From positions 1 through 11,505 of the forward strand of contig JBFLWF010000052.1 of NCBI GenBank assembly GCA_040758355.1: a stretch of 11,505 nt of DNA. Reading direction: 5' to 3'. This DNA is from Nitrospirota bacterium (GTDB taxonomy: Bacteria > Nitrospirota > Thermodesulfovibrionia > Thermodesulfovibrionales > Dissulfurispiraceae). The notes under the pieces were generated by a model. The model was not told where the DNA came from. It saw nothing but the letters and a program-made list of their open reading frames with translations, and searched no databases. Positions 1 through 7,076 of the stretch are shown here, piece by piece (the first letter of the stretch is position 1; the number at the start of each line of letters is the position of its first letter). A program made the translations under genes and the position numbers.

Positions 1-91
1 AGCATGTCGATGGCACCTCAGAAGGCGAATAAGAACCCTCAGAAGAGAACTTACCGCTCTCGATATCATGGAAATTTTGCATTAATGGATC

Positions 92-685
92 ATGTTTCAT
101 TATTTTTATGAATTTTTCAGCACCCTGTTAAAAGACAGGGATGTGATATATGACCTGGTCTCATTAAAAACTTACGACTATTACACGTATATCCACTCTG
201 TAAACGTTGCGGTCATGTCGGCGGGATTGGGGGCTGCAATAGGATTGAAGAGGGAGGATATAGAAAAGCTGGGGATAGGGGCATTACTGCACGACATAGG
301 GAAAAGTGCCATCCCCCATGAAATCCTTAACAAACAGGGAAGCCTTGATAATACCGAGTTCCAGATATTTAAAACTCATGTCATCGAGGGAGAAAAGATT
401 TTACGCACCCACAACAATATACCCGAAGAATCCTTTGATGCGGTCTTACAACACCACGAAAAACTTTCGGGTAAGGGTTATCCTTCAGGGCTGTCAGAGG
501 AAGCCATAAAACTATTCGGCAGGATAACGGCAATTGCAGATTGTTATGATGCCCTGACAACACCGAGAATCAAAAAATATCCGCTTACGCCTTTTTTTGC
601 GTTATCGGTGATTGCAAAGGAGACAATAAATTACGACCGTGAACTATTAAAAGAGTTCGTTAAAATGTTGGGCAAGGTTAAGTAG
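92..685 (+). CDS. HD-GYP domain c-di-GMP phosphodiesterase, probably 5'-truncated/IS-interrupted (native-looking sequence from ~128)
   Basis: Motifs DYYTYIHSVNV, LLHDIGK (HD), HHEKLSGKGYPSGL (GYP) and IADCYDALT. The first 12 codons are atypical, lack an SD and overlap the putative IS end. There is an in-frame TAA at 83-85. Confidence 0.85.
   Translation: MFHYFYEFFSTLLKDRDVIYDLVSLKTYDYYTYIHSVNVAVMSAGLGAAIGLKREDIEKLGIGALLHDIGKSAIPHEILNKQGSLDNTEFQIFKTHVIEGEKILRTHNNIPEESFDAVLQHHEKLSGKGYPSGLSEEAIKLFGRITAIADCYDALTTPRIKKYPLTPFFALSVIAKETINYDRELLKEFVKMLGKVK
113..130. mobile_element. Probable IS terminal inverted repeat (IS5/IS1182-like end) followed by a TTA target triplet; the rest of the element lies left of the window
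   Basis: TTTTTCAGCACCCTG-TTA (reverse complement TAA-CAGGGTGCTGAAAAA) matches the CAGG.TG.TGAAAAA end motif I recall from IS5/IS1182-type elements. HD-GYP-like sequence (LKDRDVIYDL) begins exactly at 128. The partner IR and transposase are not visible. Confidence 0.55.
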
Positions 686-1415
686 TAGTATGCCTCATAA
701 TCCATATTGTCCCGAACTCTTTGTCCTGATAAGCACGTATAAGTCCGAGCCTTAAGATCTCAAGCAATGCAAGGAATGTGACTATTATCTGAACCCTCGT
801 GGTGTCTTCCTCAAAGAGTGCGTCGAATCTCATGGTATGCTCGCTTTCCATTTTATCCAGTATCATCGCAATCCTGTCCTTTACGGTCAGGGTCTCCCTC
901 GTTATCTTTATTGCCTCGGGAGGAACCTTGCTCATGATTTTCTTCAATGCACCCATGAGGTCGAAGATGTTTACATCGAACAAATACAGCTCGGGCTCTG
1001 CTTCAATCTCATCCCTGTCCATGGGCGGTCTTGAGAAGATATTAGCCCATACTTCTTCCCTTTCCCTTAATGTGCCGGATGCCTCTTTATATGCCTGATA
1101 TTCGAGAAGCCTCTGCACAAGCCCTGCACGGGGGTCTTCCTGCTCTTCGGTTTCTATAGTTTCATCAGGAGGAAGGAGCATGCGGGATTTAATATAAATA
1201 AGGGTTGCAGCCATGACAAGGAACTCCGAGGCGATCTCGAGGTTGAGATCCTTCATCATTTCGATGTATTCGAGATACTGCTTTGTGATAACAGCAATAG
1301 GTATGTCGTAAATATCGATCTTGTTCTCTTTGATAAGATGGAGCAAGAGGTCGAGCGGCCCTTCAAATACCGGCACTTTTATGCTGTAAGGATTTAAAGC
1401 GTCTGTAGAATTCAT
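678..1415 (-). CDS. scpA: Segregation and condensation protein A (SMC kleisin)
   Basis: FEGPLDLLLHLI, EFLVMAATLIYIKSRMLLP, EDPR..LV.RLLEY and C-terminal TFLALLEIL are ScpA signatures. Overlaps the convergent HD-GYP gene by 8 bp. Confidence 0.95.
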   Translation of the reverse strand: MNSTDALNPYSIKVPVFEGPLDLLLHLIKENKIDIYDIPIAVITKQYLEYIEMMKDLNLEIASEFLVMAATLIYIKSRMLLPPDETIETEEQEDPRAGLVQRLLEYQAYKEASGTLREREEVWANIFSRPPMDRDEIEAEPELYLFDVNIFDLMGALKKIMSKVPPEAIKITRETLTVKDRIAMILDKMESEHTMRFDALFEEDTTRVQIIVTFLALLEILRLGLIRAYQDKEFGTIWIMRHTTT

Positions 1416-1424
1416 TAGTTATTG

Positions 1425-1454
1425 AGTTTAACCCAAAAGATTCGAAAAGTTCAA
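1425..1454 (-). promoter_or_regulatory. Possible sigma70 promoter for scpA (TTGAAC-18-TAAACT) giving a nearly leaderless mRNA
   Basis: Minus strand: -35 at 1454-1449, -10 at 1430-1425, 9 nt before the ATG at 1415. No Shine-Dalgarno is present. Confidence 0.35.
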
Positions 1455-1474
1455 TTTGAATAGAAGGGGGTTTT

Positions 1475-1501
1475 CAAAAGGGGGGACAAAGCCCTCTTTT
1501 G
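1475..1501. terminator. Stem-loop directly downstream of hisG (putative terminator)
   Basis: CAAAAGGGGG-GACAAAG-CCCTCTTTTG: 10-bp stem with one mismatch, 2 nt after the hisG stop. Confidence 0.5.
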
Positions 1502-1503
1502 CT

Positions 1504-2385
1504 CTACGGGATAACCTTATTCAATGGATATTCCACAATTCCCGATGCCCCGATGCTCTTCAGTTTCGGTATTAAATCCCTGACCATCTTTTCATCTGTT
1601 ATAACCTCAACAGCATACCATCCTGTATCGGAAAGCGGGGATACGGTCGGTGAGTGCATTGCAGAAAGCAGACTCAACACCTTCTTAAATGCCTTCTCAG
1701 GCACATTCATTTTGAGGCCTACCTTTTCCTCTGCAGCAAGGGCTCCCTTTAAAAGCAGTGCTATATTTTCCATCTTCTGCCTCTTCCATTTGTCCTGCCA
1801 TGCCTTTTTATTCGCAATAAACCTTGTCGTTGACTCGATAATGGTCTCGACTATTCTCAGATTGTTTGCCCTCAAAGATGCCCCTGTCTCTGTAAGCTCT
1901 ACAATGGCATCAGCGAGATAGGGAGGTTTTACCTCTGTTGCGCCCCATGAAAAGTCAACTTCTGCCTTTACGCCTTTCGACTTAAGATACCTCTTTGTAA
2001 AGCCCACAAGCTCTGTGGCAATCCTCTTTCCTTCGAGGTCTTTAACGCTCTTTATCTTTGAATCCATGGGCACGGCAATAACCCATTTAACAGGACTGAA
2101 CCCTCCCTTGCCGTAAATGAGCTCTGCAACCTCAACAACATCCGCATTCTGTTCGAGTATCCAGTCTTTGCCGGTCAGTCCACAATCAAGATGTCCATCC
2201 TCCACATACCTTGCCATCTCCTGCGCCCTGATGAGCACGGAATCTATCTCGGTGTCGTCAAAAACTGGATAATAAGAGCGTGAAGAAACGCTTATGTGGT
2301 ATCCTGCCTTTCTGAAGAGTTTTAACGTAGCTTCCTGAAGGCTTCCCTTTGGAAGTCCGAGCTTAAGTTTCTTATTTTTATTCAT
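1504..2385 (-). CDS. hisG: ATP phosphoribosyltransferase, long form with C-terminal regulatory domain
   Basis: [54 protein letters not shown] and GASGIVEYP. Start set at ATG 2385 because the AAGGA SD abuts the 2391 ATG but is 7 nt from 2385. Confidence 0.95.
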   Translation of the reverse strand: MNKNKKLKLGLPKGSLQEATLKLFRKAGYHISVSSRSYYPVFDDTEIDSVLIRAQEMARYVEDGHLDCGLTGKDWILEQNADVVEVAELIYGKGGFSPVKWVIAVPMDSKIKSVKDLEGKRIATELVGFTKRYLKSKGVKAEVDFSWGATEVKPPYLADAIVELTETGASLRANNLRIVETIIESTTRFIANKKAWQDKWKRQKMENIALLLKGALAAEEKVGLKMNVPEKAFKKVLSLLSAMHSPTVSPLSDTGWYAVEVITDEKMVRDLIPKLKSIGASGIVEYPLNKVIP

Positions 2386-2457
2386 ATCCATTTCCTTTCT
2401 GCATTTATAGAGATATTATTTTAACTCAAATTATTAACAAATTGTATCCCCTCTATT

Positions 2458-3864
2458 TCAGGTACGCATCAAATATTCATGAATCGCCTTTGCTGCCTTC
2501 TTCCCTGCACCCATTGCAAGAATAACCGTAGCAGCGCCTGTTACGATGTCTCCTCCTGCAAAGACGCCTTCCCTGCTTGTGCGGCCGGTCTCTTTATCGG
2601 CAATGATATAACCCCATTCATTCAAGGCAAGCATCGCGGTGCTTTGAGGCACAAGGGGATTGGCTTCTGTGCCTATTGCTACTATTACAATATCGACAGG
2701 AATCTGGAATTCCGAGCCTTTCTTTACAGCAGGTTTTCTCCTCCCTGATTCATCAGGCTCGCCAAGCTCCATCCTCACACACTCAATAGCCTTTACCCAT
2801 CCGTCTTCACCGATTATTCTCACAGGGCTTGTAAGGAGTTCAAAGCGTATCCCCTCTTCCTTCGCGTGGTGAATCTCTTCCTTCCTTGCAGGCATCTCTT
2901 TTTCAGAACGCCTGTAAATTATTGTTGCCTCCTTAGCTCCCAGACGAAGGGCAGACCTCGCTGCATCCATGGCTACATTGCCTCCGCCAACAACCACTAC
3001 CCGTTGACCTCTCTTAATAGGGGCATCGTATTCAGGGAATGCATAAGCCCTCATTAAATTCACCCTGGTCAAAAACTCGTTGGCAGAATAAACGCCATTT
3101 AAATTTTCACCTTCTATTCCCATGAATTTTGGCAGACCAGCACCAGTGCCAATAAAACACGCATCAAACTCCGCCATTATCTCATCTATTGTAGTAAGCC
3201 TGCCCACAACTGAATTTGTAACAATCTCAACTCCCATAGCTATCAATGTATCGATCTCATGAGATACTATCCCCTTGGGAAGCCTGAACTCTGGAATTCC
3301 GTACATCAATACCCCCCCTGCCTCGTGAAGTGCCTCAAATATGGTCACCTCATGGCCAAATCTGGCCAAATCATAAGCACAGGTTAATCCAGAAGGACCG
3401 CTTCCAACAATAGCTACCTTCTTACCAGTTGGCTTTGTAATTTCGATGCCGGCTCCATTCCAGTTCTGCATTGCATAATCGGCAGCAAACCTTTCGAGAC
3501 GGCCAATGGCAACCGGCTCGCCCTTTTTGCCGAGGGTACAGTTCTTTTCGCACTGGTCTTCCTGTGGACAAACCCTTCCGCAAACAGCAGGAAGAAAGCT
3601 TGCTGTCTTTATCAGATCTACGGCCTTCTTGAAATCGCCTTCTTTGACAGCTTTGATAAATTGAGGTATCGGGATATGAACAGGACAACCTTCAACACAC
3701 AATGGCTTCTTGCACTGAAGACAGCGCCCTGCTTCTTTAATGGCCATTTCAGGAGAATAGCCGAGAGCTACCTCATCGAAATTAGAACGCCTTTTTGCTG
3801 GGTCTTGCTCAGGGATTGGTGTTTTATGAAGAATGATATTTTTGTTGTTTTTATCTTCTGACAT
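2458..3864 (-). CDS. nfnB: NfnB/SudA: large subunit of NADH-dependent reduced ferredoxin:NADP+ oxidoreductase (often annotated as homotetrameric NADPH glutamate synthase / GltD-like)
   Basis: Fe-S motifs RCLQCKKPLCVEGCP and CGRVCPQEDQCE; FAD site GSGPSG; YGIPEFRLPK; NADPH site GGGNVAMDAAR...YRR; GGDIVTGAATVILAMGAG. Coupled to the upstream small subunit; no gltB in the window. Confidence 0.9.
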   Translation of the reverse strand: MSEDKNNKNIILHKTPIPEQDPAKRRSNFDEVALGYSPEMAIKEAGRCLQCKKPLCVEGCPVHIPIPQFIKAVKEGDFKKAVDLIKTASFLPAVCGRVCPQEDQCEKNCTLGKKGEPVAIGRLERFAADYAMQNWNGAGIEITKPTGKKVAIVGSGPSGLTCAYDLARFGHEVTIFEALHEAGGVLMYGIPEFRLPKGIVSHEIDTLIAMGVEIVTNSVVGRLTTIDEIMAEFDACFIGTGAGLPKFMGIEGENLNGVYSANEFLTRVNLMRAYAFPEYDAPIKRGQRVVVVGGGNVAMDAARSALRLGAKEATIIYRRSEKEMPARKEEIHHAKEEGIRFELLTSPVRIIGEDGWVKAIECVRMELGEPDESGRRKPAVKKGSEFQIPVDIVIVAIGTEANPLVPQSTAMLALNEWGYIIADKETGRTSREGVFAGGDIVTGAATVILAMGAGKKAAKAIHEYLMRT

Positions 3865-4709
3865 TACTCACAAATCGCAAAGGCATGGCGCTTTTTCCAT
3901 GCCTCGAAGGATTCCTTTTCCTCATTAAGATAAGTCTTCTGGCGATTGATGAGTATGTCCCAATCCACCTGATGGCCGTCAAAATCTGGTCCGTCAGTAC
4001 ATGCAAATCTCGTTCTTCCTCCCACCGATACTCTACAGCCGCCGCACATACCTGTGCCATCAATCATAATGGAGTTCAGACTCACAATCGTTTTTATTCC
4101 AAAAGGCTTGGTAGTCTCAGAAACAAATTTCATCATAATAGCAGGCCCAACAGCCATAACCATATTTGCACCGTTCTGTTCCAGTTCCTGCTTGAGAGCC
4201 GTGGTTACCATGCCTTTTGTACCCTTGCTTCCGTCATCTGTTGTAATTAAAACCTTATCGCAAACCTGCTGCATCTCGTCCTCGTAAATCAACAGACCCT
4301 TGCTCCTCGCACCCATTATTGATATTACATCATTTCCAACAGCCTTAAGCTCTCTCGCAATAGGATAAAGGGGAGCAACGCCAAAGCCGCCGCCAACAAG
4401 AATCGCTCTGCCGCATTTCTCGATATGTGTGGGCTGCCCCAGAGGGCCGCATAAATCAAGGATTTCATCGTTTGCATTAAATGTGGACATCTCTGTAGTA
4501 GTCTTGCCAACAGCCATTACAATCAGGCTGATAGTGCCTTCTTCTGGATTAATGTCGGCAAGGGAGAGGGGTATTCGCTCACCCTTTTCATGGAGACGGA
4601 TAATAACGAATTGTCCTGGCTTTGCCTTTCTCGAAATCAGCGGGGCATCAAGCTTGTAATAAAAAACATCAGGATGACGTATTAATCTCTTCTCTAAAAT
4701 CCTGGCCAT
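3864..4709 (-). CDS. nfnA: NfnA/SudB: FAD/NAD-binding [2Fe-2S] small subunit (PyrK-like family)
   Basis: PGQFVIIR...GERIPL, GPLG, GGGFGVAP, GPAIMM and the [2Fe-2S] motif DGTGMCGGCRV...CTDGPDFDGH. TAATG stop/start overlap with nfnB at 3864. Confidence 0.9.
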   Translation of the reverse strand: MARILEKRLIRHPDVFYYKLDAPLISRKAKPGQFVIIRLHEKGERIPLSLADINPEEGTISLIVMAVGKTTTEMSTFNANDEILDLCGPLGQPTHIEKCGRAILVGGGFGVAPLYPIARELKAVGNDVISIMGARSKGLLIYEDEMQQVCDKVLITTDDGSKGTKGMVTTALKQELEQNGANMVMAVGPAIMMKFVSETTKPFGIKTIVSLNSIMIDGTGMCGGCRVSVGGRTRFACTDGPDFDGHQVDWDILINRQKTYLNEEKESFEAWKKRHAFAICE

Positions 4710-4730
4710 TTGTTACCTATTGTAACAAAT
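4708..4730. promoter_or_regulatory. Perfect inverted repeat over the nfnA ribosome-binding/start region (operator or RBS-occluding hairpin)
   Basis: ATTTGTTAC-CTATT-GTAACAAAT: 9-bp perfect arms, 5-nt spacer, including the first 2 nt of the nfnA ATG. Confidence 0.55.
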
Positions 4731-4812
4731 TTCTTATAAAAACCTGAAGCAGAATAAAAGGGCAGGAGGCAATATTTTTTTCAATCTCAGTGAAATATTC
4801 TTCAATTAGCAA
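4717..4812 (-). pseudogene. Truncated toxin stub (N-terminus resembling DUF6516/TumE-type toxins)
   Basis: TTG start overlapping the antitoxin stop; translates MLIEEYFTEIEKNIASCPFILLQVFIRNLLQ*. The MLIEEYF..IE..IA.CP.I start resembles DUF6516 toxins from recall. Only 31 codons long. Confidence 0.5.
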
Positions 4813-5093
4813 ACTTCAGCCTCTGAGAGTTCTTTAAGATTCTGCTGGAGCCTTTTTAATGTTTCGATCTCACCAGCCCATCTGATATATCCAATATCAT
4901 CCCCTAATTCACCGTCCGAATACTTCTGATAGAAGGATGTGCTGTCCATTTTGTACCTATCTTCAAATTCCTTGATATTATCGAGGGTCTTTCTGATCCC
5001 GACATTGATAATCTTTTTCTCATTTTCGAGAGCGCCACTTACCAGTATCTTCAACTCTCCTGTTTCTTCCTGTTTTATTATTACTTTCGACAT
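4806..5093 (-). CDS. Small putative antitoxin (TumA-like partner of DUF6516/TumE toxins)
   Basis: 95 aa with the pattern EFEDRYKMDS..FY..Y..GELGDD..YI.WAG. Strong SD AGGAGGT 7 nt before ATG 5093; extended -10 promoter upstream. Family assignment is from recall. Confidence 0.6.
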   Translation of the reverse strand: MSKVIIKQEETGELKILVSGALENEKKIINVGIRKTLDNIKEFEDRYKMDSTSFYQKYSDGELGDDIGYIRWAGEIETLKRLQQNLKELSEAEVC

Positions 5094-5137
5094 CTGCACC
5101 ACCTCCTACAACCTCTTTAAAAAATGCGTTTATAAAC

Positions 5138-5168
5138 ATTATAGCACATGCTCCAATGAACATAGAGG
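5138..5168 (-). repeat. 31-bp direct repeat, copy 1, containing an extended -10 element (TGCTATAAT on the minus strand)
   Basis: ATTATAGCACATGCTCCAATGAACATAGAGG versus copy 2 ATTTTAGCACATGCTCTAATAAACATAGAGG: 28/31 identical. Confidence 0.85.
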
Positions 5169-5252
5169 GCTGTGTACGAGATAAGGACTTTTGCGGCATT
5201 CCTCCCATCACTGCTCTGAAATAAAAATTGCCTGTCCCTTTTATTGGATCTC

Positions 5253-5282
5253 TTGACTGCATGTAACCTTTTTGGTTACGAT
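5253..5282 (+). promoter_or_regulatory. higBA promoter (TTGACT-18-TACGAT) with palindromic operator GTAACC-TTTTT-GGTTAC (5263-5279)
   Basis: -35 at 5253-5258 and -10 at 5277-5282, with the inverted repeat between and overlapping them. The GTG start follows the -10 by 6 nt with no SD. Confidence 0.7.
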
Positions 5283-5288
5283 TAAATT

Positions 5289-5567
5289 GTGATAGTTTCG
5301 TTTGCGCACAAGGGACTGGAGCAGTTTTATCTTACCGGAAGCGTTGCCGGGATTCAGGCTATACACGCTAACCGGTTGAGACTGATACTTGCAGTACTTG
5401 ACGCCGCTAACTCTATCGAAGGTATTAGACTTCCTTCTCTTAAGCTGCATCGTCTCAAAGGTGACAAAAAAGACCTTTGGGCTGTTACGGTACAGGCAAA
5501 CTGGCGGGTCACCTTCCGTTTTGTGGGCGGCAATGCCGAAATTGTTAATTATGAAGATTATCACTGA
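5289..5567 (+). CDS. higB: HigB toxin (RelE/ParE superfamily, plasmid maintenance killer type)
   Basis: MI.SF.HKGL..FY.TG...GIQ..HA.RL..IL..LD.A...LH.LKG.....W.V.V..NWRVTFRF......VNYEDYH; toxin-first arrangement with an HTH antitoxin. Confidence 0.93.
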   Translation: MIVSFAHKGLEQFYLTGSVAGIQAIHANRLRLILAVLDAANSIEGIRLPSLKLHRLKGDKKDLWAVTVQANWRVTFRFVGGNAEIVNYEDYH

Positions 5568-5579
5568 GGAGGTGTTAAC

Positions 5580-5870
5580 ATGAAGATGCACAATCCCCCG
5601 CATCCTGGAGAGGTCTTGAATGAGCTTTGCCTGAAGCCGCTCGGCATGTCTATAACCGAAGCTGCTGAAAGGCTTGGCGTTGCACGCAAGACCGTATCCA
5701 AGATTATTAATGGTCACGGCGATGTAACCCCTGAAATGGCTCTGAGGCTTGAAATAGTTTTTGGCTCAACAGCGCAGACATGGCTGAATATGCAAACGGC
5801 TTTTGATTTATGGCGCATAAATAAAAAGCGCAAGGAGTTGAAAGCGTCCCTGCATCCTGTTGCGGCATAG
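5580..5870 (+). CDS. higA: HigA antitoxin (HTH, addiction module antidote)
   Basis: [11 protein letters not shown]...L..LG.SIT.AA..LGV.R.T.S.IING...VTPEMALRL...FG.TA..WL.MQ..FDL; SD GAGGAGG upstream. Confidence 0.95.
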   Translation: MKMHNPPHPGEVLNELCLKPLGMSITEAAERLGVARKTVSKIINGHGDVTPEMALRLEIVFGSTAQTWLNMQTAFDLWRINKKRKELKASLHPVAA

Positions 5871-5951
5871 ACACATATTCAGTAAAACTGCGCTGAAACT
5901 TCAGTTGCTTTAGTTATAGAGACTTTTCAATCTGCTCATAAAGCCATCGCT

Positions 5952-5970
5952 CAAAATGCATAGCATTTTG
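5952..5970. terminator. Inverted repeat between convergent higA and the orphan antitoxin
   Basis: CAAAATGC-ATA-GCATTTTG, perfect 8-bp arms. Confidence 0.4.
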
Positions 5971-5979
5971 TTAATGGTG

Positions 5980-6180
5980 TTATATTGATATCTCTGGAAG
6001 CAGCCTGCTGCCGAGTCTTTTGACTGCCTCTGCATGAGTTATAGTCTTTCCCTCATCAATTTGTTTCAGGCTCTTGTCAACCCTCTTTTTAAAATAAATT
6101 TCAGCCATAATCTCATCGTAATCAACTTCGTCAGGCAAAGAACTTATCATTTTTATCGTTTCTTCTTTAACTGTCGGCAT
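5980..6180 (-). CDS. Small putative antitoxin (type usually found upstream of RelE/ParE toxins), orphan
   Basis: MPTVKEE.IK.I..LPD....DEIM..IYF...V...L..I.EGK..TH.E..KRL pattern; SD GGAGGTG 6 nt before ATG 6180. The tail SRLLPEISI looks non-native and no toxin ORF follows. Confidence 0.65.
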   Translation of the reverse strand: MPTVKEETIKMISSLPDEVDYDEIMAEIYFKKRVDKSLKQIDEGKTITHAEAVKRLGSRLLPEISI

Positions 6181-6249
6181 CTTAATCACCTCCATCTAAA
6201 AAGCATATAGATATTCTAACATAATTATTTATACCTCATGTCTATCAAG

Positions 6250-6280
6250 ATTTTAGCACATGCTCTAATAAACATAGAGG
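6250..6280 (-). repeat. 31-bp direct repeat, copy 2 (TGCTAAAAT extended -10 on the minus strand)
   Basis: 28/31 identity to 5138-5168; lies 12 nt downstream of the stop codon of the last gene of the right-hand operon. Confidence 0.85.
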
Positions 6281-6292
6281 CTGAAAGCTTTA

Positions 6293-7069
6293 TCACAAAA
6301 TATCAAATGGCAGAGTCATTCTTATTCCGCCATATATTCTGTCTTTTGCTATTCCGCCATCTCTGTAAGAATACCCGAGACGCCTCTGAAAGTTTATCTC
6401 AGGCGTAAGCTCCAGTTGCCCGAGTTTGAAGAGGGTAGAAAGTGTCAGTCTTGCTGAGCTTATCCTTTCTGGGCGGTAGCCGTAGATTCCGTCATGTCCT
6501 GCAACTGACAGGTCGATATCTATAGCTTGCTTCGATATCTTTACAGGATACTTTGCTCCAGCACGGTACATAAACCCGCCTTCGAGGATTTCCTTATTCA
6601 CCGGCAAGTCCAGTTCCACAGACACATACGGCGACAGTTTATCAATCAATTCTCTAAATTCTACAGTCCCATAAAAATAATGCACATCGCCCTTGGAATT
6701 CTTGATGTCCGAATAACCGTATCCAGCGTCGATTTTAATAATACCGATTTCCTTTTCAATGCCGACTGCATATTCTATGGAGTTGGACGAATGCTTATCA
6801 AATCCCTTGAGGTTGTTAGATGATCCGATTGCCAGATAGACGCCCCACGGCTCTGCAAATACCGCCAGTCTGGGCTGGATAACCGTACCGTTGTACAGAG
6901 ATTCACCTGAAACCTTATCAACATAACTGCTGTAAGTATCGAGGATGAGATAACCGCTAAGACCGAATTTCTTTTCGGCCTGCAAGTCCTCAGCAGCAAC
7001 ACCGCCCACGCAGACAGCCAAGAGACAAATTGTCAGCCCATAAACCATTATTGGGTTCTTCATCTTCAT
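6293..7069 (-). CDS. Exported protein, probable outer-membrane beta-barrel (TorF/Gcw_chp-like)
   Basis: Signal peptide (MKMKNPIMVYGLTICLLAVCVGGVAA). Repeated amphipathic strands rich in G/Y/aromatics (IEYAVGIEK, IDAGYGY, LTPEINFQR) and a C-terminal strand IYGGIRMTLPF. ATG 7069 fits the GGGGTG SD. Confidence 0.6.
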   Translation of the reverse strand: MKMKNPIMVYGLTICLLAVCVGGVAAEDLQAEKKFGLSGYLILDTYSSYVDKVSGESLYNGTVIQPRLAVFAEPWGVYLAIGSSNNLKGFDKHSSNSIEYAVGIEKEIGIIKIDAGYGYSDIKNSKGDVHYFYGTVEFRELIDKLSPYVSVELDLPVNKEILEGGFMYRAGAKYPVKISKQAIDIDLSVAGHDGIYGYRPERISSARLTLSTLFKLGQLELTPEINFQRRLGYSYRDGGIAKDRIYGGIRMTLPFDIL

Positions 7070-7076
7070 ATGCACG

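Noticed and set aside
16..45. Short repeat CCTCAGAAG (16-24 and 37-45)
   Set aside because: Only two 9-bp copies; not a CRISPR or tandem array.
306..4659. Numerous short alternative-frame and antisense ORFs within HD-GYP, scpA, hisG and nfnAB
   Set aside because: All overlap well-supported genes and show no recognisable motifs.
5241..5717. 158-aa minus-strand ORF
   Set aside because: Antisense to the clearly recognisable higB and higA.
5871..5979. Possible integron attC site among small palindromes (CTGAA-AC-TTCAG, CAAAATGC-ATA-GCATTTTG)
   Set aside because: No convincing RYYYAAC...GTTRRRY box pair with extended symmetry, and no integrase in the window.
5138..6280. Direct repeat as a CRISPR repeat or tRNA-derived att site
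   Set aside because: Only two copies 1.1 kb apart, no cas genes and no tRNA-like sequence.
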